From positions 186,001-227,470 of the forward strand of contig CBDAVP010000003.1 of the NCBI GenBank assembly GCA_965201075.1: DNA of 41,470 nucleotides, given 5' to 3'. The notes under the pieces were generated by a model. That model ran no database searches and was not told where the DNA came from. It saw only the letters and a list, made by a program, of their open reading frames with translations. Of this stretch, positions 20,347 through 30,229 are shown piece after piece. This DNA comes from Isosphaeraceae bacterium. GTDB lineage: Bacteria; Planctomycetota; Planctomycetia; Isosphaerales; Isosphaeraceae. The position numbers and the translations under genes were made by a program. Position 1 is the stretch's first letter; every line of letters begins with the position of its first letter.

Positions 20347-20631
20347 CTATGCCCTAGACTTCCAGGTCCGGGGGTCGCGACGACTGTGGAGGACGCCGAT
20401 GACGACGACCTGATCGGTCTCGACGCGATAATAACCGGTGAATGGGAACTGGCGAGTCTGGGCCCGCCGCACCCCCTGGTAGATGATTCGGTACAGCTCT
20501 GGCATCCGCTCAACGCTGTCGAGGACCTCGTCGACGCGTTTCAAGAACTTATCACCGAGCCCGACCTTTTGGCTCTCGTACCAAGCCTGGGCATCCGCGA
20601 GGTCGGCCTCCGCCTCCGGGCGGATGATCAC
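20347..20631 (-). CDS. Type II toxin, RelE/ParE family
   Basis: IIRPEAEADLADAQAWYE...RRAQTRQFPF...VIGVLHSRRDP; GTG start overlaps antitoxin stop (GTGA). Confidence 0.9.
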   Translation of the reverse strand: MIIRPEAEADLADAQAWYESQKVGLGDKFLKRVDEVLDSVERMPELYRIIYQGVRRAQTRQFPFTGYYRVETDQVVVIGVLHSRRDPRTWKSRA

Positions 20632-20864
20632 GACGCATCCTCGGCCTTGTTCCGCAGGCGGGCCTTCACCTCCTCCCATGTCGAGCCGGCCCGAGGATCT
20701 TCCCTCATCGCCGAGAGCCTGCGATCGAGTTCATCCTTGTGAGACTGCGGGATGTCCATCGACTCCACGGATTCGGCGACGCTATCCCAGATCTCCTCGA
20801 CGAGGCGAAGGCGATCGGCGACGCTCAAGCGATCGATTCCCAAGGATTTGGCGGACGTACTCAT
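20628..20864 (-). CDS. Addiction module antitoxin component (TIGR02574-like)
   Basis: LSVADRLRLVEEIWDS...ELDRRL...DPRAGSTWEEVKARL; directly upstream of and coupled to the toxin. Confidence 0.9.
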   Translation of the reverse strand: MSTSAKSLGIDRLSVADRLRLVEEIWDSVAESVESMDIPQSHKDELDRRLSAMREDPRAGSTWEEVKARLRNKAEDAS

Positions 20865-21660
20865 CGAAAGGGATTCTCCTCGAGGATCACCCGCGGCCGC
20901 GACCGTATTAGACTCTCAAAACGAGGGTAGGAACTCGGCCGTCGAAAGTCGAGGCTCACCGGATTCGACCCGATTGGATGTCGTTCAAGAGCACGAATCC
21001 CGCCGCGGCGGTGCGGGTCCGCTGCATCGCGAGGATCGAGGTCCGCCGCCCGCCGGAGATTTGGGACAGGAAGAATCCTACCCGGACATCGACCGACGGC
21101 TCCATAACTGACCTGGGGCGTCTCGTGAAACTGGTGGCTACATTCGGGGCATGGATTGAGGGTGATGGTGAACGCATACGGTTTCCTCAGGACCGCTCTC
21201 TTTTTCCGCCCACTACTTCAATGATAACTGACGGACATTGTTCCAACCCACCAATGAGCGAGGTAGGTCCAGTCTCCTGCCTCACTGATGAACCAAGCGA
21301 GAAAGTCGCGGACTGCTCCGAATTCCCTGCCGACTCACAGCTCCACGAGCCCGCCACCGAAGACAGAAACGAGAAGAGCCATCACGCCGGGATTGGCGTG
21401 GCTCACCCCCAGTTACCCTGAACAGGAAGAGAATCGAAGCCGTTCCACCGGTCCGGTCAGTCGTCAAGGAGCCCGGGCTCGCATTCTCAATGATGCTGGT
21501 TCGAAATTCCAATTGGGCTTACCCGTCGTTTCGGAGGGTCGATGGGTGCCGAGGGCCTACGGGACGGTTACGATGCCAGGTGTGGGTCGGCCGGAATGTG
21601 CCACGCCTCGGCCTGCCGCCCATAACCAACAGCCACCCACGCCAGGGAGTTTCCACACCG

Positions 21661-22542
21661 ATGAATTTGAACCGCCGACAGATGATGCTCGCCTCCGGTG
21701 CCGCGCTCCTGGGCGCCGGGCCGCTCCTGAGCCGTGCCGCTCGGGGCGCGTCCGATACCAAGAAAGTGTTATTCTTCACCAAGAGCGCGGGGTTCGAGCA
21801 CTCCGTCATCGCTCGCGAAGGCGACAAGCTCAGCCTGGCCGAACAAATCCTGACCGAGATCGGCAAGGCCAATGGGTTCGAGGTCGTCGCCACCAAGGAT
21901 GGTCGCCAGTTCGATCCCGACAAGATCGGCCAGTGGGACGCCTTCGCCTTTGAGACCACCGGCGACCTGACCCAGGAAGGGACCGACAAGCAGCCGCCCA
22001 TCTCCCCCGACGGCCTCAAGGCGTTTCTCGACGCCATCGCCGGAGGCAAGGGGTTCGTCGGCATGCACTGCGCGACGGACACCTTCGGCGTTCACCGTGA
22101 CAAGGGGGGCGACGACCCCTATATCCAGATGATCGGCGGTCACTTCGCTGGCCATGGCGCCCAGCAGAAGGCCCGCTTGATTGTCGTCGACCCCGAGTTC
22201 CCCGGAGTCTCCGCCTTCGGTCGCGAGTCGTTCCAGATCGAGGACGAGTGGTACGCCCAGAAATTCCTGGCCGATGATCTCCACGTCATCCTCGCGCAGG
22301 ACACCGAGGGGATGGAAGGCGAACAGTACGCCCGGCCCGACTTTCCCGAGACCTGGGCCCGCAAGCACGACAAGGGCCGTGTCTTCTACACTTCGATGGG
22401 CCACCGCGAGGACGTCTGGCAGAACCCCAAGTATCAGTCGCTGCTAGTGGGTGCTCTCGGTTGGGCCACAGGCCGTCTGGATCTCGACGTCGAGCCGAAC
22501 ATCCAGAAGGCAACCCCTGGCTACAAGACGCTCGGCTCCTGA
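21661..22542 (+). CDS. Tat-exported ThuA-like domain protein
   Basis: MNLNRRQMML twin-arginine signal; KVLFFTKSAGFEHS, GKGFVGMHCATDT, DEWY, GRVFYTSMGHREDVW; AGGGAG RBS. Confidence 0.92.
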   Translation: MNLNRRQMMLASGAALLGAGPLLSRAARGASDTKKVLFFTKSAGFEHSVIAREGDKLSLAEQILTEIGKANGFEVVATKDGRQFDPDKIGQWDAFAFETTGDLTQEGTDKQPPISPDGLKAFLDAIAGGKGFVGMHCATDTFGVHRDKGGDDPYIQMIGGHFAGHGAQQKARLIVVDPEFPGVSAFGRESFQIEDEWYAQKFLADDLHVILAQDTEGMEGEQYARPDFPETWARKHDKGRVFYTSMGHREDVWQNPKYQSLLVGALGWATGRLDLDVEPNIQKATPGYKTLGS

Positions 22543-22565
22543 GCCGGCTCGAACGACTCGAAAAA

Positions 22566-22609
22566 CGAAACTCCGCCGGAGCCCAATCCCGGGCCCCGGC
22601 GGAGTTTCG
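22566..22609. terminator. Bidirectional terminator between convergent genes
   Basis: 14-bp perfect inverted repeat CGAAACTCCGCCGG/CCGGCGGAGTTTCG with an A-run on the left and a T-rich flank on the right. Confidence 0.75.
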
Positions 22610-22635
22610 GTATTTCGGGGGATGAACGGGAACGA

Positions 22636-22839
22636 TCAGCTCCGGTCGGTCGGGGCTGCGGGACGGCCCTGGCCTCGGGATGAGTTGGCGTAGGCGGAGG
22701 TCAGCAGTCCGAGCAGGGCCGAGCGGCGTCCCGAGCGGGTCGATCCGCCGATGCGACGGACCCGGGCGAGGGTGCCGGTCCACTGGAAGTCGAGCGGCGA
22801 GGGTTCGGCCTTGGCACCTTTGGCGTTCAGACGGTTCAT
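22636..22839 (-). CDS. Small basic hypothetical protein (67 aa)
   Basis: GGGAG RBS, then MNRLNAKGAKAEPSPLDFQWTGTLARVRRIGGSTRSGRRSALLGLLTSAYANS...; mostly G/C-ending codons; ends at the bidirectional terminator. Confidence 0.55.
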   Translation of the reverse strand: MNRLNAKGAKAEPSPLDFQWTGTLARVRRIGGSTRSGRRSALLGLLTSAYANSSRGQGRPAAPTDRS

Positions 22840-23138
22840 CGCGACGGAAGCTCCCGAGAAGGCGGACGTGGCCGCCCTCCAATCCATTGTCCCAGCGGAA
22901 AGCCCCGAATCCCCCGATCACCCAGGGTCTCGTCGTCGTGACGGGCCGGGTCCGATGCATCGGGCCCGCGATGACACGGCATCGCGAGAGGCTTCAAGTT
23001 CGATGACCGGACTCCGCGGACCCGGCTTTGTTGGCGTCCGGATCAGCGCCCAACCGGCGAAACTTCGCTCACCTGATCCCATCGGCCGGCGTCGGAGAGG
23101 TCGGAAGGCTTGCCGCGGGATGCAAAGGGTCCGAGAGC

Positions 23139-24248
23139 TTACCGCACCCCCGCGTTCTTGCCAAGGGGAGGTTTCACCAATTTTTGGACCATCTCGGGGG
23201 CCGGCCCCGTTTCGGGAGCCGGGGGAGCCGTCGCGCCGGCCCACGTCGCCAACAGGAGCATCCCCGTACTCAGCCCGTTGAAGGTCGCGTGCATGGCCAT
23301 CGGGGCGACCAGCCCGCCCGATCTTCTGGCCAACCATCCCAGCGCCAGCGAGAGAGCGAAAAGCGGAACGGGGGCGGGCCACTGAGACGCATGCAGGGCC
23401 GCGAACAGGATCGACGTCAGAATGTTCGGTCCCCACGAACCGATCAAACCCGCGCCGGGATGTCCCCGCTTCAACGACTCCAACGCGATAACCTGGGGTG
23501 CCGACCAGGGGTTCTCCTCGCGACCCACGTCCTCGACAAGAACTCCACCGGCCAGTTCCACCTCCGGGACCAACGACGCCGACGGTCCATCCCCCTCGCG
23601 AGCATTCGGGGCCGCGCGGCGAAACACCCGTTCCAACCAGCCCAGCAGTACGCCCCGGAAGACCAGTTCCTCGGCGATCGGGGCCAGAATCACCCCCGAG
23701 AGGATCGCCAGAGCCACCATTCCCGGGCCCCCCCCCTCGCCGATCATCCGCTCCATCGGATGTCCCTGGGGCTTCCAGATCCTCGACGCCACGGCAAACA
23801 ACAAATAGGTCGGCACCGCCGCCAACAGGCAGCCGACCACTCCCATTCGCAGGTCGGCCCGGTGGACATGCTCGACACCGAGATCGGCGGCGCGAGCTCC
23901 CGAGAGGATTCGCAACGTCCGGGGTAACAGCAGAAGCAGCAGGCCGTTGATGGCTGCCATCGCCGAGAGTTTCGCTCTCGGACTGTCCAGCGCCGTCTGT
24001 CCTCCGGCGACGAGAAACGAGAGCCCGACGAGGTTGCTCACCAGGAAGTACAGCACGATCGTCGCCAGGATCGCCGAAACTCCCCAGGGGACACGTCTCG
24101 GGGCCCTCGGCGGCAGCAAAGGCTCGCCCCTCAGCAGTTTCCCCAGGGCCCAGTACCAGGCCAGGAGCATTCCCGCCAGAACCGCCGACGAGGCCAGCAG
24201 TAACAGGATCGCGGGGAGCGGAGCCAGTTGAGGCGGCGGCGGCGGCAT
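23139..24248 (-). CDS. CPBP (Abi/CAAX) family intramembrane metalloprotease
   Basis: APIAEELVFRG (EExxxR), LFAALH, AMHATFN motifs; multiple TM helices. Confidence 0.92.
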   Translation of the reverse strand: MPPPPPQLAPLPAILLLLASSAVLAGMLLAWYWALGKLLRGEPLLPPRAPRRVPWGVSAILATIVLYFLVSNLVGLSFLVAGGQTALDSPRAKLSAMAAINGLLLLLLPRTLRILSGARAADLGVEHVHRADLRMGVVGCLLAAVPTYLLFAVASRIWKPQGHPMERMIGEGGGPGMVALAILSGVILAPIAEELVFRGVLLGWLERVFRRAAPNAREGDGPSASLVPEVELAGGVLVEDVGREENPWSAPQVIALESLKRGHPGAGLIGSWGPNILTSILFAALHASQWPAPVPLFALSLALGWLARRSGGLVAPMAMHATFNGLSTGMLLLATWAGATAPPAPETGPAPEMVQKLVKPPLGKNAGVR

Positions 24249-24326
24249 CGAGGCGGCACTCCCAGGACGGCGCTCGGCGAGTTCAGGTCCTTCTCATCGT
24301 AGCGGCGGACGGTCAGGCGGACCACC

Positions 24327-24356
24327 TTGCCCGGCCCGGTCCTTTCCCCATAGAAT
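24327..24356 (+). promoter_or_regulatory. Sigma-70-type promoter for tyrS
   Basis: TTGCCC-18 nt-TAGAAT, ~55 nt upstream of the ATG. A divergent TACGAT -10 for the CPBP gene lies at 24296-24301. Confidence 0.55.
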
Positions 24357-24411
24357 CGCTCCGATCCGTCCGTCCTGGGTGCCGTCTCGAAAGGGAGAGG
24401 TCGACCGCCCG

Positions 24412-25629
24412 ATGTTGCCCGCCGCCGAGCAATTGAACCTCCTGCGCCGGGGGACCGACGCGATCGTCCCCGGCGACGAGTTCGCCCGCAAACTGGAACG
24501 CTCGGTCCGCGAGGGGAGGCCGCTCAGGGTCAAGTATGGCATCGACCCCACCGCCATCAGTGTCCATCTCGGCCACACGGTCCCCTTGCGCAAACTTCGC
24601 CAGTTCCAGGATTTGGGTCATACCGCCGTCGTCATCATCGGCGACTACACCGCCCTTGTCGGCGACCCCTCGGGTCGTGACGAAACCCGCAAGGCATTGA
24701 CCCGGGAGCAGGTGACGGCCAACGCCAGGGACTACCTGACTCAGGTTGGCCGGATCATCGACCTCGATCGCGCCGAGGTCCACCATAACGGCGAGTGGTT
24801 TGGCCGCTGGTCGTTCCTGGACGTCCTCGACCTGATGCGCAAGGTCACGGTCTCGCAACTCTCGGCCCGGGAAGACTTCGCCAACCGTCTCAAGGCGGGA
24901 CAACCGATCTCACTGCACGAATACCTCTACCCCTTGATGCAAGGGCAGGACTCCGTCGAGATCCGCGCCGATGTCGAGTTGGGTGGGACCGAGCAGTTGT
25001 TCAACTTGTTGGTGGGCCGCGACTTGCAGCAAGGACAAGGACATGACTCCCAGGTGGCGATGACGATGCCGATTCTGGTTGGCACCGATGGCCAACGAAA
25101 AATGGGCAAGAGTTTCGACAACTTCATCGGCGTGGCCGATGACCCGATCACCCAGTTCGGTAAGGTGATGAGTTTGCCCGATGGGCCGATGCGACAATAC
25201 TTTACTTTGCTGACCGACGTCTCGATCGCGGAGGTCGACCGGCTGCTGGGGCCGGAGGTCAACCCTCGGGACGCCAAGGAAGTCCTCGGCCGGGCGATCG
25301 TCAGGCAGTATCACGGCGAGGGCGCCGCCGAGGCCGCCGCCGCCGCGTTCCGACGACGGAGCGAGGGGCTTGATCCGGAAGTGATTCCCGTGGTCGGCCT
25401 GTCTTCCTCCACACTCGACGAAGGTCGGTTGCCGATCCCCCGCCTGATCGTCGCGTTGGGCCTGGAAACCAGTACCTCCAACGCCCGAAGGGTGGTCGAG
25501 CAGGGAGGGGTCAACTGGGGACCCGAGCGAACGCCGATCCTCGACATTCACACCTTGATTGACGTGACCGACGGACTGATCCTGCGAGTCGGCAAACGGA
25601 AGATCGCCCGGGTGCGGCTGGACGACTAA
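24412..25629 (+). CDS. tyrS: Tyrosine--tRNA ligase
   Basis: RVKYGIDPTA..VHLGH, YPLMQGQDS, ELGGTEQLFN, KMGKS, C-terminal S4-like domain (RVGKRK). Confidence 0.97.
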   Translation: MLPAAEQLNLLRRGTDAIVPGDEFARKLERSVREGRPLRVKYGIDPTAISVHLGHTVPLRKLRQFQDLGHTAVVIIGDYTALVGDPSGRDETRKALTREQVTANARDYLTQVGRIIDLDRAEVHHNGEWFGRWSFLDVLDLMRKVTVSQLSAREDFANRLKAGQPISLHEYLYPLMQGQDSVEIRADVELGGTEQLFNLLVGRDLQQGQGHDSQVAMTMPILVGTDGQRKMGKSFDNFIGVADDPITQFGKVMSLPDGPMRQYFTLLTDVSIAEVDRLLGPEVNPRDAKEVLGRAIVRQYHGEGAAEAAAAAFRRRSEGLDPEVIPVVGLSSSTLDEGRLPIPRLIVALGLETSTSNARRVVEQGGVNWGPERTPILDIHTLIDVTDGLILRVGKRKIARVRLDD

Positions 25630-25667
25630 CGATCGCCGCTTGAGGGGAAGGGCCGGAGGGTCAACCG

Positions 25668-26735
25668 TTGACGAGTCATGGTTTCGGCATCATTGGCTGC
25701 GGCATGATCGCCGAATATCACGCGCGGGCGATCGCCGAGATTCCGGGGGCTCGGGTTGTCGCCGCGTTCAGTCGCAACCCAGCCCACGGCGATCGAGTGG
25801 CCGCGTTGGTCGACGGGGGTTGCCCGGTCTTTGACGACCTGACCCGGATGTTGGCCACCCCGGGGCTCGACGTCGTTAGCGTTTGCACGCCCAGCGGCGC
25901 CCACATGGAACCGGTCCTGGCCGCCGCCGCCGCCGGCAAGCATGTCCTCGTGGAAAAGCCGCTGGAAGTGACCTTGCCTCGTTGCGACGCAATTATCGAC
26001 GCCTGCGAGGCCGCTGGGGTCCGCCTGGGAGCCATTTTCCCCTCGCGGTTCACGACGGCGAACCGGGCGATCAAGCGGGCCGTTGAGGACGGGCGGTTTG
26101 GCCGCCTGACGCTGGGCAGCACGGCGGTGAAGTGGTGGCGTTCCCAGGAGTATTACGACTCCGGAGGCTGGAGGGGGACGTGGTCCCTCGACGGTGGGGG
26201 AGCCTTGATGAATCAGGCGATTCACAACGTCGACCTGCTCCAGTGGCTGATGGGCGAGGTCGCCAGCGTTCAGGCCCTGACCGCGACCCTGGCTCACGAG
26301 CGGATCGAGGTCGAGGACGTCGCCGTCGCCGTCCTGCGGTTTCGGTCCGGAGCACTTGGCACCATCGAGGCCAGCACCGCCGCGTTTCCCGGCCTGGCCC
26401 GACGGACCGAGGTCCACGGCGACCGCGGCTCGGTCCGGGTCGAGCAGGATGATTTGACCTTCTGGAAATTCGCGATCCCCCAACCCGGCGACCCCGAGAT
26501 CCGCTCGGAAAACCTGACGGCCAACTCCGGGGCAAGCGACCCCCGAGGCATCGACCACCGAGGCCACCGCGACCAGATCGCCGAATTTCTCGAAGCCCTG
26601 GACCAGGACCGACCCGCCTTGGTTGACGGACGCGAGGGGCGCAAGGCCGTCGAGATCATCCGCGCCATCTACCGATCGGCCGAGACGTGCCGTGCCGTGA
26701 CTCTCCCCCTTTCCGAGCCGGCGGGTCCCGAGTGA
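25668..26735 (+). CDS. Gfo/Idh/MocA family oxidoreductase
   Basis: GIIGCGMIA Rossmann motif, CTPSGAH, HVLVEKP, GGGALMNQAIHNVD. Confidence 0.94.
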   Translation: MTSHGFGIIGCGMIAEYHARAIAEIPGARVVAAFSRNPAHGDRVAALVDGGCPVFDDLTRMLATPGLDVVSVCTPSGAHMEPVLAAAAAGKHVLVEKPLEVTLPRCDAIIDACEAAGVRLGAIFPSRFTTANRAIKRAVEDGRFGRLTLGSTAVKWWRSQEYYDSGGWRGTWSLDGGGALMNQAIHNVDLLQWLMGEVASVQALTATLAHERIEVEDVAVAVLRFRSGALGTIEASTAAFPGLARRTEVHGDRGSVRVEQDDLTFWKFAIPQPGDPEIRSENLTANSGASDPRGIDHRGHRDQIAEFLEALDQDRPALVDGREGRKAVEIIRAIYRSAETCRAVTLPLSEPAGPE

Positions 26736-26751
26736 GGAGGCCTGGGTCGCG

Positions 26752-26780
26752 TTGACCATCGAGGTTCGAGGCACTACGAT
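26752..26780 (+). promoter_or_regulatory. Sigma-70-type promoter for the acyltransferase
   Basis: TTGACC-17 nt-TACGAT, 34 nt before ATG 26815. Confidence 0.65.
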
Positions 26781-26814
26781 CCAGCGCCCGATCGGGTCAA
26801 GGGAGTGACCGGCC

Positions 26815-27798
26815 ATGAAACGCCCACGGAACCGCTCGCTCGATTACCTTTCCTATCTGGCGGTTCGGCTGGTGGTCGGGGTCGCCCAGGCGCTCACCGT
26901 CGAGCAGTCCTACGCCCTAGCCGACGCTCTCGCCGCGTTGCTTTACCGGGTCGACAAGCGGCATCGCGCTGTCGGCCTGGAAAACCTTCGCGTGGCCTTC
27001 GGCGAACTGTATTCCGAGAGCGATCGGGACCGCATCGTCCGCGGCGTCTACCGGCACTTCTGCCGGATGCTGATGGAGATGCTACACATCCCCCGAAAGC
27101 TACATCCGGAAACCTGGCGAGAGCGGATTACCCTGGTCAACCAGGGAGCGGTTCTGGAGCGGTTGTTGCGCGGCGGTCCCATCATCATGCTGACCGGCCA
27201 TTTCGGTAACTGGGAGATGGCGGGTTACCTATTCGGCGTCTTCGGGTTCCCGCCGAACTCGGTCTATCGCACCCTGGACAACCCTTATCTAGACCGCTTC
27301 TTGAAAGACTTCCGGGAGCGGACGGGCCAGAAAATGATTCCCAAGTCCGGCGGGTACGAGCAGATGCTCGACGTGCTCAACGGTGGCGGCGTCCTCTCCT
27401 TCCTGGCGGACCAGGACGCGGGAGAGCGGGGGATGTTCGTGGAGTTTTTTGGTCGGCCCGCCTCGACGCACAAGTCGATTGCCTTGCTGGCCTTGGAACA
27501 TCGAGCCCCGGTGTTTGTGGGCTATGCCCGACGGATCGGTCCGGGGTTTCGCTACGAAGTCGGTTGCGAGGTGATTCTGGAGCCCGAGGACTTCGCCGGA
27601 TCGGCCGACGATGCCCGACTGCTGACGCAGCGCTACACCTCGGCGCTGGAGCGGATCATCCGTCGCGACCCCGATCAATATCTGTGGCTCCACCGTCGCT
27701 GGAAGCATCAGCCCCGGGCCAAGGTTCGGCGACGGTCCCCGGGGAACCCGCCGGATGGGGCTCCCGCGACGAAGGTGGCGACGGCTTGTGAATCATGA
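26815..27798 (+). CDS. Lipid A biosynthesis acyltransferase (LpxL/HtrB family)
   Basis: TGHFGNWE, LADQDAG, VEFFGRPAST, PDQYLWLHRRWK. Confidence 0.92.
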   Translation: MKRPRNRSLDYLSYLAVRLVVGVAQALTVEQSYALADALAALLYRVDKRHRAVGLENLRVAFGELYSESDRDRIVRGVYRHFCRMLMEMLHIPRKLHPETWRERITLVNQGAVLERLLRGGPIIMLTGHFGNWEMAGYLFGVFGFPPNSVYRTLDNPYLDRFLKDFRERTGQKMIPKSGGYEQMLDVLNGGGVLSFLADQDAGERGMFVEFFGRPASTHKSIALLALEHRAPVFVGYARRIGPGFRYEVGCEVILEPEDFAGSADDARLLTQRYTSALERIIRRDPDQYLWLHRRWKHQPRAKVRRRSPGNPPDGAPATKVATACES

Positions 27799-27959
27799 AA
27801 ATTTTGGTTGTGTGGAATTTCGACGCCTGTCATAGTGCCAAATGGCGCTGGTCGGGCACGGTCCGGGGGATCGTCGCGCGAGCCGGGCGTCATGCCGGAG
27901 GCGATCTCGACGGGTTGTAACGGTGCGGCCCGCCGGTCATCGGTACAAGGCCAGCGACC

Positions 27960-28349
27960 ATGGGAACGAACATCTACGTCGGCAACTTGCCTTACGACAC
28001 GACGGGTGACGACCTCGTCGGACTGTTCCAGCAACACGGAACGGTCACCAGCGCCCAGGTCATCATCGACAAGTTCAGCGGCCGGAGCCGTGGTTTCGGT
28101 TTCGTCGAGATGGCCGAGGACCAGGAAGCCCAGGCGGCCATCGCGGCGCTCAACGGCGTCCCCTTCGGCGGCCGGCCCCTGACCGTTAACGAAGCCCGGC
28201 CCCGCGAGGAAGGCGGCGGCGGAGGCCGTGGCAATCGAGGTGCTGGCGGCCATGGCGGTAGCGGAGGGGGTTACGGTGGTGGAGGTGGCTCGGGCGGCGG
28301 ATATGAAGGTGGGGGCGGCGACCGGGGTGGGTATGGCGGCGGCTACTGA
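27960..28349 (+). CDS. RRM-domain RNA-binding protein with Gly-rich tail
   Basis: NIYVGNL (RNP2), [10 protein letters not shown] (RNP1), [14 protein letters not shown] repeats. Confidence 0.96.
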   Translation: MGTNIYVGNLPYDTTGDDLVGLFQQHGTVTSAQVIIDKFSGRSRGFGFVEMAEDQEAQAAIAALNGVPFGGRPLTVNEARPREEGGGGGRGNRGAGGHGGSGGGYGGGGGSGGGYEGGGGDRGGYGGGY

Positions 28350-28405
28350 AGCCTCCGCTTCCGACAATGGCCTGACCTTCCCGTGAGCAAAGGGCGACAC
28401 CCCTC

Positions 28406-28434
28406 TTGGCTCGGGCGTTGTTACGCGGTACGAT
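28406..28434 (+). promoter_or_regulatory. Sigma-70-type promoter for rpsU
   Basis: TTGGCT-17 nt-TACGAT. Confidence 0.5.
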
Positions 28435-28527
28435 CGTTGGTCTTGCCCGCACTTTCCCCTTGGGAACTTGTGAGACGGGCGTTTCCGGGTTTGCGAATGG
28501 GTGCCTTCAGTCTGGGAGATCGAGCCT

Positions 28528-28716
28528 GTGGTGAAGTTACGGGTCCGTTCCGGCGAGTCGATTCAGGATGCCGTCCGTCGTTTCCGTAAACTTTGCGAGC
28601 GGAGCGGATTGCGTAAAGAGATGCGCCGCAAGGCGTATTACGAGAAGCCCAGCGAGCGTCGCCGTCGCGAAGAGCTGAAGCGGCTTCGCAAGGCCCGTCA
28701 GATCGTTCGCGTCTGA
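28528..28716 (+). CDS. rpsU: 30S ribosomal protein S21
   Basis: [54 protein letters not shown] before GTG 28528. Confidence 0.96.
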   Translation: MVKLRVRSGESIQDAVRRFRKLCERSGLRKEMRRKAYYEKPSERRRREELKRLRKARQIVRV

Positions 28717-28756
28717 GTGAATTGGACCCACCCCGAGCCCGGCCGCGCATCCGGGC

Positions 28757-30184
28757 TCAGACGTCCAGGTCGCGCCGTTGACGAAGCTGGTCGGGGTAAT
28801 TCCGGCGAATGGGTTGGACCTCGCTTTCGAGGAAGGCCGTGACCTGCTCGGGCGAGCGGCCGACGTAGCGGCTTGGGTCCATTTCGGCGGAAATGTCGAC
28901 GGCGGCGAAGGATGGGTGTTCGCGGAGGCGGTCCAGCAGGTCGTTGCGCTCCGCCCCGTCCTTGAGCATGGCCGCGGCTTCGAGCGAGGCCGTCCGGACG
29001 ACCTCGTGAAGGTCCTGACGGTCGCCCCCCGCAGTGACGGCGGCCATGAGCAGGTTTTCGGTCGCCATGAACGGCAACTCGTCGCGGACTCGTCGAGCCA
29101 CGACGGCCGGGTTGACGACCAGGCCGGGGACGACGTTGAGGTAGAGCCCGAGAATCGCGTCGGCGGCCAGAAACGACTCAGGCAGGTAGATCCTTCGGGC
29201 GGCGCTGTCGTCCAGCGAACGCTCCAGCCACTGGGTCGCGGCGGTTTGGGCGCAAACGGCGGGCTGACCCATCAGGACGCGGGCGATCGAGCAGATCCGT
29301 TCGGCTCTCATGGGGTTGCGCTTGTAGGCCATCGCCGATGAGCCGATCTGTTCGGCCTCGAACGGTTCTTCCACCTCGCGCTCGTGGGCCAAAAGTCGCA
29401 GGTCGTTGCCGAAGCGGTGGCCACTCTCGGCCAGGCCCGCCAGGGCGTTGAGAACCTGGGTATCCAACTTACGGGTGTAGGTCTGGCCCGAAACCGGGAT
29501 CGACCCGGCGAAGCCGAACGACGCGGCGACCCGTCGGTCCAATTCCTCGACCTTGTCGTGGTCGCTGTTGAAGAGGGCGAGGAAACTGGCCTGGGTGCCG
29601 GTGGTCCCCTTGACCCCGAGGAAGGGGAGATCCGCCAGCCGGCGTTCCACCTCTCGCAGGTCCAAAATCAAATCCTGGCACCAAAGCGTCGCCCGTTTGC
29701 CCACGGTCACGAGTTGGGCCGGTTGAAAATGGGTGTACCCCAGGCAGGGTAACGACTTCCAGCGATCGGCGAAATCCGCCAGGGCGTCAATGACCCCGAC
29801 CAGGCCGTCGCGAACGAGTGTCAGGGCCTCACGGATCAAAATCAAGTCGGCGTTGTCGGTCACGTAGCAACTAGTGGCGCCTAGGTGGATGATCGGCCGG
29901 GCCACCGTGGCCACGTCCCCCAGGGTGTGGACGTGGGCCATGACGTCGTGGCGGAGCCGCTTTTCATGGGCTCGGGACGCCTCGAAGTCGATGTCGTCAA
30001 GGTGGTTGCGCAGGTCGGCGACCTGTTCGTCGGTGATGTTCAGGCCGAGGGACTGTTCCGCCTCGGCCAGCGCAAGCCAGAGGCGTCGCCAGGTGGCGAT
30101 GCGACGGTGGGGCGACCAGAGACGGGCCATCCGGGGACTGGCGTAACGCGAAATCAAAGGGCTTTGGTAGGTGTCGTGCGACAT
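28757..30184 (-). CDS. purB: Adenylosuccinate lyase
   Basis: SPLISRYAS, RHDVMAH, IIHLGATSCYVTDN, THFQPAQ, GSSAMAYKRNPMRAE signature. Confidence 0.97.
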   Translation of the reverse strand: MSHDTYQSPLISRYASPRMARLWSPHRRIATWRRLWLALAEAEQSLGLNITDEQVADLRNHLDDIDFEASRAHEKRLRHDVMAHVHTLGDVATVARPIIHLGATSCYVTDNADLILIREALTLVRDGLVGVIDALADFADRWKSLPCLGYTHFQPAQLVTVGKRATLWCQDLILDLREVERRLADLPFLGVKGTTGTQASFLALFNSDHDKVEELDRRVAASFGFAGSIPVSGQTYTRKLDTQVLNALAGLAESGHRFGNDLRLLAHEREVEEPFEAEQIGSSAMAYKRNPMRAERICSIARVLMGQPAVCAQTAATQWLERSLDDSAARRIYLPESFLAADAILGLYLNVVPGLVVNPAVVARRVRDELPFMATENLLMAAVTAGGDRQDLHEVVRTASLEAAAMLKDGAERNDLLDRLREHPSFAAVDISAEMDPSRYVGRSPEQVTAFLESEVQPIRRNYPDQLRQRRDLDV

Positions 30185-30229
30185 GGAGGCCTGGCGAGGA
30201 TTGGGGCGGGTGGGGACGAGGGCTCGAAC

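Noticed and set aside
20978..21421. 147-aa plus ORF and 73-aa minus ORF (20956-21177) next to the TA module
   Set aside because: No recognisable domain or convincing RBS, and atypical codon use. Treated as possible remnants only.
25099..25113. KMGKS instead of KMSKS in TyrS
   Set aside because: Within normal variation of the class I synthetase motif in TyrRS.
28210..28346. GGC-rich repetitive DNA
   Set aside because: Explained by the Gly-rich tail of the RRM protein; not a separate repeat element.
28735..28758. GAGCCCGG/CCGGGCTC hairpin between rpsU and purB
   Set aside because: No U-tract on either side and it overlaps the purB stop. Too weak to call a terminator.
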